Origin: an uncultured Actinomycetota bacterium
Lineage (GTDB): Bacteria > Actinomycetota > Actinomycetes > Mycobacteriales > Mycobacteriaceae
Direction: 5' to 3'
DNA: 64,000 nucleotides
NCBI GenBank assembly: GCA_963839345.1
Contig: CAWIUP010000003.1
Span: forward strand, 448 to 64,447
The position numbers were made by a program, and so were the translations under genes. Numbering within the stretch: position 1 is the first letter of the stretch; each line of letters starts with the position of its first letter. Under the pieces are notes generated by a model. The model worked only from the letters and a program-made list of their open reading frames with translations, did not search any database and was not told where the DNA came from. Positions 49,005 to 58,343 of the stretch are shown piece by piece.

Positions 49005-49070
49005 TTGGGAGTGCAGCGACGCGCCGAGCCGATACTTGAACTTTGGCTAAGTTACGCCCATGCTGGCAAC

Positions 49071-49520
49071 GTGGCCCGTAGCGAAAAGCCGTCGCGCGGG
49101 ATCCTCGACCCGGTAGCCCGCAAGCTACGTTTGCCGTTCGGGACACCGGAGTTCATCGACCGGATCATCCGCGGCGGCGTCAACCAGGCCGGTCGACGGA
49201 CACTGCACATGCTGCTCACCACTTGGGACGTCACCGGTGGCGGACCGTTCGCCGCCAGCGCGATCGCGACCGCGGGCTTGGCCAAAACGGTTGACATCGC
49301 GCAGGGGCTGTTCATCGGCCCGGTCTTCGACCCACTGCTGAAGGCGCTCGGGGCCGACCAAATCACTTTCCGAGCCTCGCTGTGCGCCGCACAAATAGTC
49401 GGTCTGGGCGTCATGCGGTACGGGGTGCGCGTCGAGCCGATCCACTCCATGGACGTCGACACCCTAGTTGACGCGGTGGCACCCACTTTGCAGCGCTACC
49501 TCGTCGGCGAGATCTCTTGA
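49071..49520 (+). CDS. Stand-alone TetR C-terminal-domain-like protein without an HTH
   Basis: RASLCAAQIVGLGVMRYG.RVEP...LVDAVAPTLQRYL resembles the C-terminal domain of actinobacterial TetRs. No HTH is encoded upstream. Confidence 0.7.
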   Translation: MARSEKPSRGILDPVARKLRLPFGTPEFIDRIIRGGVNQAGRRTLHMLLTTWDVTGGGPFAASAIATAGLAKTVDIAQGLFIGPVFDPLLKALGADQITFRASLCAAQIVGLGVMRYGVRVEPIHSMDVDTLVDAVAPTLQRYLVGEIS

Positions 49521-49521
49521 G

Positions 49522-50823
49522 TCATTCGGCCGCGTAGGCGATTTCGCCGCCGATTATGGTCGCTGCGACCATACCGGCGTCCAGCTCGGCCAGCGCCGTA
49601 CCCGGCGGCACACTCAGCAGGCAGAGATCCGCCGGCTCTCCCTGTTGCAGCGCACGCGCCCGGGTCGGCTGATCGGGGTATCCGAAGAACATCTGCAGAG
49701 CGGTGCGCGGCGAAACACGCTCGCCGCCGCCAAGCACGGCTCCGCTCGCCGTGGTGCGGCGCACCGCCGCGCGGATCGCCGCCCACGGATCAGGTTGGCC
49801 GAACGGCATATCGGTGGACAAGGCCACCGGCACGCCGGCCCGAAGCAGCGACGCCACCCGCCAGAGTTGGTCGTGCTCAGCGGCCGGAACATCGTCGAGG
49901 TACTGGTCGCCGCGCTCGGCGACGAAGTTGGGTTGGGTTATCACGGTGACGGCGAGCTCGGCGAGGTCGGTCAAACAGTCCGACGGCACCACGGCGGCAT
50001 GCTCGATGCGGTCGCGCGGGTGTGTGCCGGCTTGGCGCAGCGCGGCGATCGTCACCAACAACTGGGCGGCGGTCACACAGTGGATGGCAACCGGGCCGCC
50101 GTAGCGGTGCCGGTCGGCGATCCAGCCGGCGAGCTGCTCGAGATTCAGGTCGTCGTCGTGCAGGACTCGCTTGCCGGGGGCCAGACAGTGCACGTGTTGG
50201 CGCAGTTCGCCACGACGGTGCAGTTCGGCCAGCCGTACGATATCGCCAGTGTCGAGATCCGGTGTCGCGTCGGTAGTTCCGGTGACGCCATAGCGGCTAA
50301 GCCGACCGCTGAGGTCGGCCAAGTTGGCGGCGCCGCGGCTCAGCGCATCCGACCAGGAGTCGGCGCTGCGCAGTCGGCCGTCGGGATGCTCCGGCAGACC
50401 GATAAGGGCCAAACCCGCGGAGTTGAGCATCCAGAGCACCCCGCTGCGGTGCTGGACCCTCAGCGGGACGGTCGCGACCATCGCGTCGAGTGCCGCGCGG
50501 TCCAGCGGCCCGGCGACCGAATCGTGATAGCCGACAGCGCGGATCCAGCCGTCGTCGCCGACTCCCGCGCCGGCCAACACGGCGGCCAACGCGGCACGGT
50601 TGCGTACCTGCGGCGGCCCGACCCGAACCGAGGTCGCGGCGGCGGCAGCAGAGTGCAGGTGCACGTGGTGATCGTGCAGCCCGGGCAACACTGTTCCGCC
50701 GGCAGCGTCGAACACCTCCTCGCCGGTGCGCGGGGGCAACGTGTCGGCCACATCCTCGATGCGGGTGCCCACCCGCAGGTCAACGACCACGCCGTCTAGC
50801 GTCGTGGCCCGATGAATCAGCAT
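49522..50823 (-). CDS. Amidohydrolase family protein
   Basis: LPGLHDHHVH, AIHCVT, RIEHAA, QPNFV..RGD and STDMP. Confidence 0.9.
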   Translation of the reverse strand: MLIHRATTLDGVVVDLRVGTRIEDVADTLPPRTGEEVFDAAGGTVLPGLHDHHVHLHSAAAAATSVRVGPPQVRNRAALAAVLAGAGVGDDGWIRAVGYHDSVAGPLDRAALDAMVATVPLRVQHRSGVLWMLNSAGLALIGLPEHPDGRLRSADSWSDALSRGAANLADLSGRLSRYGVTGTTDATPDLDTGDIVRLAELHRRGELRQHVHCLAPGKRVLHDDDLNLEQLAGWIADRHRYGGPVAIHCVTAAQLLVTIAALRQAGTHPRDRIEHAAVVPSDCLTDLAELAVTVITQPNFVAERGDQYLDDVPAAEHDQLWRVASLLRAGVPVALSTDMPFGQPDPWAAIRAAVRRTTASGAVLGGGERVSPRTALQMFFGYPDQPTRARALQQGEPADLCLLSVPPGTALAELDAGMVAATIIGGEIAYAAE

Positions 50824-52010
50824 GGTGTGCAGAGCCTTTCGGACACGATGTGACGGACTGCGACGTTGTCGGCGCCCAGCGGAGACGCTGACGGGCCGGG
50901 TGGCGGCGGCTGCGGAGGGGCGACAGGCACATCGGGAGTCGATGCTGCGCGTGGCAACGCGGCATACCTCGCTGCGACCTGCGCCATCGACACGTCGATC
51001 ACTTCGCCGCCCCCGCGCTGCAGCGACTGCACCACCGCTCGCGCCGCCTCCATCCCGGTCAGCGGGTCGGCGATCGCGTCGCCGCAGAACACCGGGTCGT
51101 GCCTACCGACACCGACCAGCCCACCCGCCACCGCCGCGTCGTCACCGAACGCCGATCGGTAGGGCTGGCCACGATATCCTCTGATGCGCAGCCAAACTCG
51201 TCCCGGCCGCGCCGGCACGTCGTCGGCACTCAGGTGGCGGCGCCGCAGCGCCGCCGGACGCGAACCCTCGATGACGATATCGGCGGCGGAAAGCAACTGG
51301 CGCAGCGCGTCAACGTCGTTATCGAAATCGACGGCGTAGGAGAGCTTTCCGAAGTTCATCCAATCGAAGAAGGCAGGATCGCCGCTACGAGTGCCGTCGG
51401 GCCGGCTTGGACTTTCGACCTTGACGACGACGGCGCCCGCGCGGGCGAGCAACTGCGCGCACAACGGTCCCGCCCACAGCGACGACAAATCGGCCACCAG
51501 CAGGCCGTCCACCCGCTGCGGCTCGGTGACGCTGTGACCACGTCGCACTGCCGGCGGCTCTGCACAGACTTCCCCCAGGCCGGCGACGGCGATATCGAGC
51601 AGCTGACCTCGGGCAACAACCGCCTCGGTCGAATGCGTTGCCGCCCAATCAGAAAGAGCCGGCCAGGGGTCTTTGGGTAGCGTGTCGGCTTCCAGCAGGG
51701 CCGGCAGCGCCGCGATGTCGTCCGCGCGCGGCAACGCGACCGCACACCAACCGTCCGCGGTGGCCAGCAGCCGGGTTGCGCCACCAGCTGAGACACGGCC
51801 GCGACGGGTGAGCCCGAGGATCGCGGCCCGGCCCGCCAACACGGTGGCGGCGTCGACCGCGACACCTAAAAGTCGGGTGATGTCGGCGGCTACCCGGCGA
51901 GCCTCAGCCAGCACAGCGGCGCGAGAAAAATCCGGTCCTGCGTCGGGCGGGCCGGTCAGATAGGCCAGCCCGCTGCCGGCCCAGTCCGCCGCTTCGTTCA
52001 CGCCCACCAT
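50817..52010 (-). CDS. CoA transferase family III protein
   Basis: VADLSSLWAGPLC, VVKVESPSRPDG, ADIVIEGSRP and ADPLTG. Confidence 0.88.
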   Translation of the reverse strand: MVGVNEAADWAGSGLAYLTGPPDAGPDFSRAAVLAEARRVAADITRLLGVAVDAATVLAGRAAILGLTRRGRVSAGGATRLLATADGWCAVALPRADDIAALPALLEADTLPKDPWPALSDWAATHSTEAVVARGQLLDIAVAGLGEVCAEPPAVRRGHSVTEPQRVDGLLVADLSSLWAGPLCAQLLARAGAVVVKVESPSRPDGTRSGDPAFFDWMNFGKLSYAVDFDNDVDALRQLLSAADIVIEGSRPAALRRRHLSADDVPARPGRVWLRIRGYRGQPYRSAFGDDAAVAGGLVGVGRHDPVFCGDAIADPLTGMEAARAVVQSLQRGGGEVIDVSMAQVAARYAALPRAASTPDVPVAPPQPPPPGPSASPLGADNVAVRHIVSERLCTPC

Positions 52011-52034
52011 TGTGCGCGTCGCCGGTCGGCGGGG

Positions 52035-53015
52035 TCAGAACTGCAGCGCGGTGAAGCGCCAGTCCAGCACCTGCCGCGGCACGCCATCGCCGACCGCGTA
52101 GACCAGCGACCGCAATCCCAGCACCCCGCCGTTGTCGGTCGGTTCGGCGGAGTCGACGTGCAACTCGCTATACAGCGTGTCGCCCTCATAGACCGGAGCG
52201 GTGTGGTCGCAGGACTGCCAGCCCAGGACGGTGGCCAAATTGGGTAACAGCCGACTGGCTTGGGCCAGGGCCAGCCCGATGGTGTGGCCGCCGTAGACCA
52301 ACCGTCGCCCGCCGATACGCGAATCATGGTGAACTGCAGCGATATTCAGGGTCAGGCGGGCCAATTCTGGTGCGCTGGTGACCACATCGGCGCTGCTGTG
52401 CAGCACCGTGCCGGCGATGCCGGCGTCGAAGTGTGGTCCGGGGATGCGCTCGCGGAAAACGTCGCCGTGCCATTCGTCGACAGCCGACGGCGGCGCGGCT
52501 AGATCGGCCCCGACTTTCGACAGGTCGTCGGTGTGCTCCGCAACGTTCGGGCCGGCGCTGGGGCTCAGCGGCAGCATCGCGCAGCGGTAGAAGTCGAGGA
52601 TCAGCCGATCGGCCTCGTCGATCGTCGTCATCCGCAACGCCACCAACCCGGTGGGCGCCCTGCCGGGCTTGACCGAGTTCTTCTTCAATCCCACCACCTC
52701 GGTGCGGGTGAACAGGGTGTCGCCGATTGCCGGGAAGCGGTAAAACACCAGCCCGCGGTAGAACAGGTTCGCCTTCACCCGCTGGGTCACCAGCGTCGAC
52801 TGACCGATCGCGACGTCGCAGACCAGGCCGGGGTGGGCCAGCGGCGCGGTAGACCCGGTGACCGCCCATGACAACGTGGCATCCAGCGGCAACCGCAACC
52901 GATCGCCGAGGATGCTCTGGTGCACGGCGGCCATGCCTGGAGTCAGCGTCATCGCCGGCGCGCCGGCGAAGACTTGGCCGGTCTGCAGTTCGTCGAAGTA
53001 CGGGCCGCCGGTCAT
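52035..53015 (-). CDS. Double-hotdog MaoC-family dehydratase (Rv0216-like)
   Basis: GPYFDEL, DVAIGQST..TQRVKANLFYRG, LVYGGHTIG and HTAPVYEGDTL. Confidence 0.9.
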   Translation of the reverse strand: MTGGPYFDELQTGQVFAGAPAMTLTPGMAAVHQSILGDRLRLPLDATLSWAVTGSTAPLAHPGLVCDVAIGQSTLVTQRVKANLFYRGLVFYRFPAIGDTLFTRTEVVGLKKNSVKPGRAPTGLVALRMTTIDEADRLILDFYRCAMLPLSPSAGPNVAEHTDDLSKVGADLAAPPSAVDEWHGDVFRERIPGPHFDAGIAGTVLHSSADVVTSAPELARLTLNIAAVHHDSRIGGRRLVYGGHTIGLALAQASRLLPNLATVLGWQSCDHTAPVYEGDTLYSELHVDSAEPTDNGGVLGLRSLVYAVGDGVPRQVLDWRFTALQF

Positions 53016-53044
53016 CGGGTTGCTTGCCGTGTCAGCATGGCCGT

Positions 53045-54208
53045 ATGGATACCGGACTGAACGACGACGAGGCGATGCTGGTCGAGACGGTGCGTCAGTT
53101 CGTCGACCGAGAGGTCAGGCGGACGGTCCGTGAGCGGGAGCATGCCAACGAGTATCCCGAAGCCTGGATCGAGCAGATGAAGCGCATCGGCATCTACGGG
53201 CTGGCCATTGCCGAAGAATACGGCGGTACGCCGGTGTCGATGCCGTGCTATGTGCTGGTGACCCAGGAGTTGGCGCGGGGCTGGATGAGCCTGGCCGGCG
53301 CGATGGGCGGGCACACGGTGGTGGCCAAGCTGCTGACGTTGTTCGGCACCCAGGAACAGAAGCGGCAGTACTTGCCGGCGATGGCCACCGGCGACGTGCG
53401 GGCCACGATGGCGCTCACCGAGCCCGGCGGTGGCAGCGATCTGCAGAACATGTCGACCACCGCGACGCCGGACGGCGCAGATAACTCTGTTCTCGTCGTC
53501 AATGGCTCGAAGACGTGGATTTCCAACGCGCGTCGTTCGGGGTTGATCGCGCTGTTATGCAAGACCGACCCGTCGGCCACGCCGCGGCACAAAGGCATCT
53601 CGGTGCTGCTGGTCGAGCACGGCGCAGGGCTGACGGTGTCACGGGATCTGCCCAAGCTGGGCTACAAGGGCGTGGAGAGCTGCGAGCTGTCCTTCGACGG
53701 CTACCGGGCACCGGCGTCGGCAGTTCTGGGCGGGGTACCCGGCAAAGGTTTCGCGCAGATGATGAAAGGCCTGGAGACGGGCCGCATTCAGGTGGCCGCA
53801 CGCGCGCTCGGCGTGGCGACCGCGGCACTGGAGGACGCGCTGGCTTATGCCCAGCAGCGGATGAGTTTCGGCCAGCCGATCTGGAAGCACCAGTCCGTCG
53901 GCAACTATCTGGCCGACATGGCCACCAAACTCACCGCCGCACGCCAGCTGACCCGCTATGCCGCCGAACGCTACGACAGCGGCCAGCGCTGCGATATGGA
54001 AGCCGGTATGGCCAAACTGTTCTCCTCCGAAGTGGCGATGGAGATCGCACTTGACGCGGTGCGCATCCACGGCGGCTACGGCTACTCGACCGAATACGAC
54101 GTCGAACGCTACTTCCGCGACGCGCCACTGATGATCGTCGGCGAAGGCACCAACGAAATCCAACGCAACGTCATCGCCGCACAACTGGTATCGCGCGGGG
54201 GGCTTTAG
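53045..54208 (+). CDS. fadE3: Acyl-CoA dehydrogenase FadE3-like
   Basis: ALTEPGGGSDL, KLGYKGVE, GLETGRIQV and DAPLMIVGEGTNEIQR; divergent from the Rv0216-like gene as in M. tuberculosis. Confidence 0.88.
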   Translation: MDTGLNDDEAMLVETVRQFVDREVRRTVREREHANEYPEAWIEQMKRIGIYGLAIAEEYGGTPVSMPCYVLVTQELARGWMSLAGAMGGHTVVAKLLTLFGTQEQKRQYLPAMATGDVRATMALTEPGGGSDLQNMSTTATPDGADNSVLVVNGSKTWISNARRSGLIALLCKTDPSATPRHKGISVLLVEHGAGLTVSRDLPKLGYKGVESCELSFDGYRAPASAVLGGVPGKGFAQMMKGLETGRIQVAARALGVATAALEDALAYAQQRMSFGQPIWKHQSVGNYLADMATKLTAARQLTRYAAERYDSGQRCDMEAGMAKLFSSEVAMEIALDAVRIHGGYGYSTEYDVERYFRDAPLMIVGEGTNEIQRNVIAAQLVSRGGL

Positions 54209-54285
54209 CTGCCGGGCCACGCCGCGAAACAGAACGTGCGGTGGCGATCTGGCCCGATTCGCAGCCCTGGCTGCTGTTTCGCGGG

Positions 54286-55230
54286 TTAGCCCAACGCGTC
54301 GACCAGGCCCCATGCCAGCGCCGTGCCGACATCGATCGTCTGACCGCTCAGGACCAAATACGCTGTGCGCCAACGGCCAATGCGGCGGGTCACGCTGACG
54401 GTGCCGCCGGCCCCAGGGATAAGCCCCAGACAGAGCTCGGGTAGGCCGAAAACCGAATCCTGCTGAGCTACAACACGACCGCAGAACGCCGCCATCTCCA
54501 ATCCGCTGCCCAGCACCTGGCCGTGCACTTCGGCGCGGCACGCTTCCCCGAGCCGGGTAGTCAGCGCGGCGAGCATCAGCGCTGGGCTGTAGCGAGTGCG
54601 AGCCAGGTGCGCGCTGGCCGGGTCGGCGAACGTGCCGAACTCGGAGAGGTCGCCACCGCTGCAGAACGACGGCCCGCTGCCGGTCAGCACCAACTCGTCG
54701 ACCGAGGGGTCCAGCTGCGCCACCGTCAACGCCTCGAGCAGTGCGGCGCGGGCGTCGGTGGAAAACGCGTTGTGGCGTTGCGGCCGGTTGAACGCGACCC
54801 GCAACGTGTTGCCGTCACGGTGGGCCTGCACCGGTTCAGCGATGTCGGGCGGTTGCGCCGGTCCGCGCTCGGCGAGCCAGCGGGCGAACTCCGGACCGCC
54901 CTGCAAGGTGGAGTACGCCAACGACTCGGTCACCACGCCGGCCAGCGTCGGGCCGGCCGGATCCACCGACCGCAGCACGTCGTCACAGACCGCCGCGGCT
55001 TGCGGCCAACGATTCACCCGATCGGCCAGGCTGGCGATCGCCGACTCCACCGATGGGACGGTGATCGCCCGACGGTCGTCGGTGTCCTCCTCGGTGAGGG
55101 TGAATGTGGCTTGCTGCAACCAGAATTCGGGTGCGCCGCGCAGCGATCCGACGGCCACCACCGGGACGGCAAGTGCAGCACCATCAACCTCGGAGACCGG
55201 CTCCGATACGTCGACGATGCGTAGCGTCAC
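54286..55230 (-). CDS. Enoyl-CoA hydratase/isomerase family protein
   Basis: FNRPQRHNA, FCSGGDLSEFG and LPELCLGLIPGAGG. GTG start at 55230 overlaps the fadD4 stop. Confidence 0.88.
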   Translation of the reverse strand: MTLRIVDVSEPVSEVDGAALAVPVVAVGSLRGAPEFWLQQATFTLTEEDTDDRRAITVPSVESAIASLADRVNRWPQAAAVCDDVLRSVDPAGPTLAGVVTESLAYSTLQGGPEFARWLAERGPAQPPDIAEPVQAHRDGNTLRVAFNRPQRHNAFSTDARAALLEALTVAQLDPSVDELVLTGSGPSFCSGGDLSEFGTFADPASAHLARTRYSPALMLAALTTRLGEACRAEVHGQVLGSGLEMAAFCGRVVAQQDSVFGLPELCLGLIPGAGGTVSVTRRIGRWRTAYLVLSGQTIDVGTALAWGLVDALG

Positions 55231-56765
55231 ACCGAATACTTCTCGACCAGTTCGTTTTTGTACAGCTTGCCGGTATCGGTGCGCGGCAGCTGCGCTTCGA
55301 ACGAGATCGACCGCGGACACTTGTAGTGCGTCAAGCGTTCTCGCAGCCACCCCAGCAGGTCGTCGGCGAACTCGTCGGTGGCGTCGGCCGGGTCGACGGT
55401 CTGCACCACCGCTTTCACGCTTTGGCCCATCTCGTCGTCGGGAATGCCGAATACCGCCGCGTCGAGCACCTTCGGGTGGGTGACCAACAGGTTCTCGGCT
55501 TCCTGCGGATAGATGTTGACGCCGCCGGAGATGATCATGTGGTGGCGACGGTCGGTCAGGTACAGATAGCCGTCGTCGTCGAGGTAGCCTATGTCGCCGA
55601 CGGTCGCCCAGCCGTGCTTGTCGCGGGAGGCCGCGGTTTTTGCTGCGTCATTGAGGTATTCGAAGTCATAGCCGCCGGCGAAGTAGATTTCGCCGGCCTG
55701 TCCCGTCGGCAACTCGTTGCCGTCCTCGTCGAGGATATGGATCTCACAGAGCATCGGTTTGCCCACCGAGCCCGGATGCGCCAGCCACTCCTCTGCGCTG
55801 ATCAATGTCGATCCGATGGCCTCTGAGGACGCGTAATACTCGTCGACGATCGGCCCCCACCAGTCGATCATCTGTTTCTTGATCTCCACCGGGCACGGCG
55901 CCGCCGCATGCATCACCCGCTCGAGGCTGGACACGTCATACGAACTACGAACGGAATCAGGAAGTTTCAGCATCCGGGTGAACATGGCCGGTACGAATTG
56001 AGCGTGGGTGACCCGGTAGCGCTGGATGGCATCGAGACAGCCTTCGGGGTCGAACTTCTCCAACACGACGGTCGTGATGCCGCCGGCCTGAACCGTCATC
56101 GACCACACCGACGGAGCGGTGTGGTACAGCGGTGCCGGGCTCAGATAGACCGCATCTGGGTGCATCCAGAAGCCGACCAGCGCCGACATCATGCCGGGTG
56201 CCTCGGCAGGCGAGACGTGCGGCAGTGCGCGCTTGATCCCCTTGGGCCGGCCGGTGGTGCCCGACGAATACTGCAGCAGATCGCCTTCGCGTTCATCATC
56301 GATCGGTGTATCCGGTTGATCGGCAACGCATTCCGGGTAGGGCGCCCAGTCCTCGAGGTCGCTGGCATCGGGGCCAGCTATCAGCAGCAGCTCCGGCAGC
56401 CCGCCCGGCAGATGCTCGGCCAGATTTTCACAAGTCTTGCGCAGCGCAGCCGAACCGATGATCGCCTTGGCCGCACTGTTGTCGATGATGTAGGCGGCCT
56501 CCGGCGCGGTCAGGTGGGTGTTGATCGGCACGTAGTACAAGCCACTGCGCCGCGCTGCCCACATGACGGCGTGGATGTGCTCGTTGTTCTCCATGAGAAT
56601 CGCGACGGCGTCGCCCTCGACCAGACCGGCGCTGCGGAAGTAATGCGCCAGCCGGTTGGCCCGGGCTTCCAGCTCGTCGAAGGAGACGACCGTGCCGGAC
56701 GGATGGAGGATGACGGCGGGCTTGTCCCCGTTCTTTCCCAAGCCGACGTGATCACGAATCTGCAT
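55227..56765 (-). CDS. fadD4: Fatty-acid-CoA ligase FadD4-like
   Basis: QYSSGTTGRPKG, YYASSE, TVGDIG, IISGGVNIYP and TGKLYK; syntenic with Rv0214. Confidence 0.88.
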   Translation of the reverse strand: MQIRDHVGLGKNGDKPAVILHPSGTVVSFDELEARANRLAHYFRSAGLVEGDAVAILMENNEHIHAVMWAARRSGLYYVPINTHLTAPEAAYIIDNSAAKAIIGSAALRKTCENLAEHLPGGLPELLLIAGPDASDLEDWAPYPECVADQPDTPIDDEREGDLLQYSSGTTGRPKGIKRALPHVSPAEAPGMMSALVGFWMHPDAVYLSPAPLYHTAPSVWSMTVQAGGITTVVLEKFDPEGCLDAIQRYRVTHAQFVPAMFTRMLKLPDSVRSSYDVSSLERVMHAAAPCPVEIKKQMIDWWGPIVDEYYASSEAIGSTLISAEEWLAHPGSVGKPMLCEIHILDEDGNELPTGQAGEIYFAGGYDFEYLNDAAKTAASRDKHGWATVGDIGYLDDDGYLYLTDRRHHMIISGGVNIYPQEAENLLVTHPKVLDAAVFGIPDDEMGQSVKAVVQTVDPADATDEFADDLLGWLRERLTHYKCPRSISFEAQLPRTDTGKLYKNELVEKYSV

Positions 56766-56799
56766 GCGCAGACTGTACCGCCGCCGAACTTGACACGTG

Positions 56800-58095
56800 T
56801 CAAGGCCCTCGGTGGAGTGCCGCTTCGGCCGGCTGATGCGGGTGTCCGCCGTGAATCTTTGCGCGACCGGCGAACGGCGCCAGCAGCGTTGGCGCAAGCT
56901 GGCGGCGATTGACTACCAGCGCGACGACGGCCACCGCCGCGTAGGCAGCGCTGAGCAGCACCCGGCCTTCGGTCGAGGTGATCGGGAACTGCACGACGAA
57001 CAAGCCGAGCAGCGCCCAGGCGGCCCAGCGGCGGAACCGTAGGCCGAGGATCAGCGCCACCCCCATCACTGTCTGCACGGCGGTGAGCACCATCTCCTCG
57101 ATCTGGCGGCCGTCCAGTTGAAGCGACGTGCCCCCGCCACCGAGCAGGAATGCGACCGGCAACGACCCGATGAGCAGCGTCCACTGGTTGACCTTCGACG
57201 AGATCAACGTCGCGATCGCAATCGCACCCTTGCCTCTGGCCGCGAAGATGATCGCGATGATGAACTCCGGCGCCTCCGAGGACAGCGGCGCCAGCCACTG
57301 CACCAGCAGAAAGCGGTCGATGCCCAGCTGCGTCCCGGCATCAATGAGGCTTTCGGCGAACGGTTTTGCACACGTCACGATCACCGATGCCGCGAAGATG
57401 AACAGCGCGCACACCGCAATGCGGCGGGTTCGGTCGGGAAGTGCTCCCAGCGCAGCGGCGGTGCCGACCAGTTCGGGTTCCTCGACCTCGCCGCGGCTCA
57501 GCTTGTACAGATAGAAACCGAACCAGGCCAGCAGGATCACCCCGAAGGCAAGGTGGATGCGGCCGGTCGCGGGTACCAGGAACGCGGCGACGCCGGCGAT
57601 CATCAGAAAGCCGATCTCTACGCGGTTGCTGGTGTCAAGGTCCAGCTGGCCGACTTTGCGACCGGTGGCCCTGCGCGCCACCAGCAGGCTGACCAGAACG
57701 ACCACCGGCCATCCGATACCCATCAGCAGCCGATTCGAGCCGGTCATGTTCGCCGCGGCGTACTGGGTGTACCCCGGCACATGGCCCGCGGTGTAGGCGT
57801 AGTACAGGTCGACGGCGTACTCGGGCAAGACTGCGATGACTCCCAGCACTGCGACCGCCAGACCACCCGAGACGTCGATTTGGGCAGCTTCGGCTGCCCA
57901 GGCGAGCAGGAAGCTGGCCGCAACAACCGCGGCTCCGTAGGTGATCAGGCCGACAATCGGACTGGGGTGCAGGCCGGCGACGTGCAGCACCAGGGCCGGG
58001 CAGATGACAACGGCGACGATCGTCAATGGGCGAACCAACGACCGCGACGACACGGTGGCGGTAACAGCGTCGGGGGCAGTCGTCGTCATATCCAC
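56800..58095 (-). CDS. Na+/Ca2+ (CaCA family) exchanger
   Basis: Many TM helices, alpha-repeats AVLPEYAVD and APLSSEAPEF, and ISSKVNQWTLL. Confidence 0.88.
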   Translation of the reverse strand: MDMTTTAPDAVTATVSSRSLVRPLTIVAVVICPALVLHVAGLHPSPIVGLITYGAAVVAASFLLAWAAEAAQIDVSGGLAVAVLGVIAVLPEYAVDLYYAYTAGHVPGYTQYAAANMTGSNRLLMGIGWPVVVLVSLLVARRATGRKVGQLDLDTSNRVEIGFLMIAGVAAFLVPATGRIHLAFGVILLAWFGFYLYKLSRGEVEEPELVGTAAALGALPDRTRRIAVCALFIFAASVIVTCAKPFAESLIDAGTQLGIDRFLLVQWLAPLSSEAPEFIIAIIFAARGKGAIAIATLISSKVNQWTLLIGSLPVAFLLGGGGTSLQLDGRQIEEMVLTAVQTVMGVALILGLRFRRWAAWALLGLFVVQFPITSTEGRVLLSAAYAAVAVVALVVNRRQLAPTLLAPFAGRAKIHGGHPHQPAEAALHRGP

Positions 58096-58303
58096 ATCGC
58101 TCGCATCGTCGACGCTTGGCGAGGCTTACCTTCGCCCCCCGTCAGAACATACCGGCCGAGCGGTCATCCAGCAACATAGACCGGCTACCCATCAATCGCT
58201 CGTCACCACGTGAATTTGCTGGTCAGGGTGCGCGTAACGGATAATTCGGCTTCCCGATATTTAGGATGTGGCTACCCTGCCGCAAGATGGGATATGGATA
58301 CGC

Positions 58304-58331
58304 AAAACCCCGGGTCGCTGGACCCGGGGTT
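58304..58331 (-). terminator. Intrinsic terminator downstream of pckA
   Basis: Perfect 11-bp stem AACCCCGGGTC/GACCCGGGGTT with a 4-nt loop, ending in TTTT on the minus strand just after the pckA stop. Confidence 0.85.
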
Positions 58332-58343
58332 GCGGTTGGCCAG

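Noticed and set aside
58100-58200. Possible yybP-ykoY or fluoride riboswitch upstream of the cation exchanger (GGCGA...TCGCC hairpin)
   Set aside because: Lacks the GGGGAGUAGC/UCAAUAC (yybP-ykoY) and GAUGG/GCUAAUGAC (crcB) cores; an Rfam scan would settle it.
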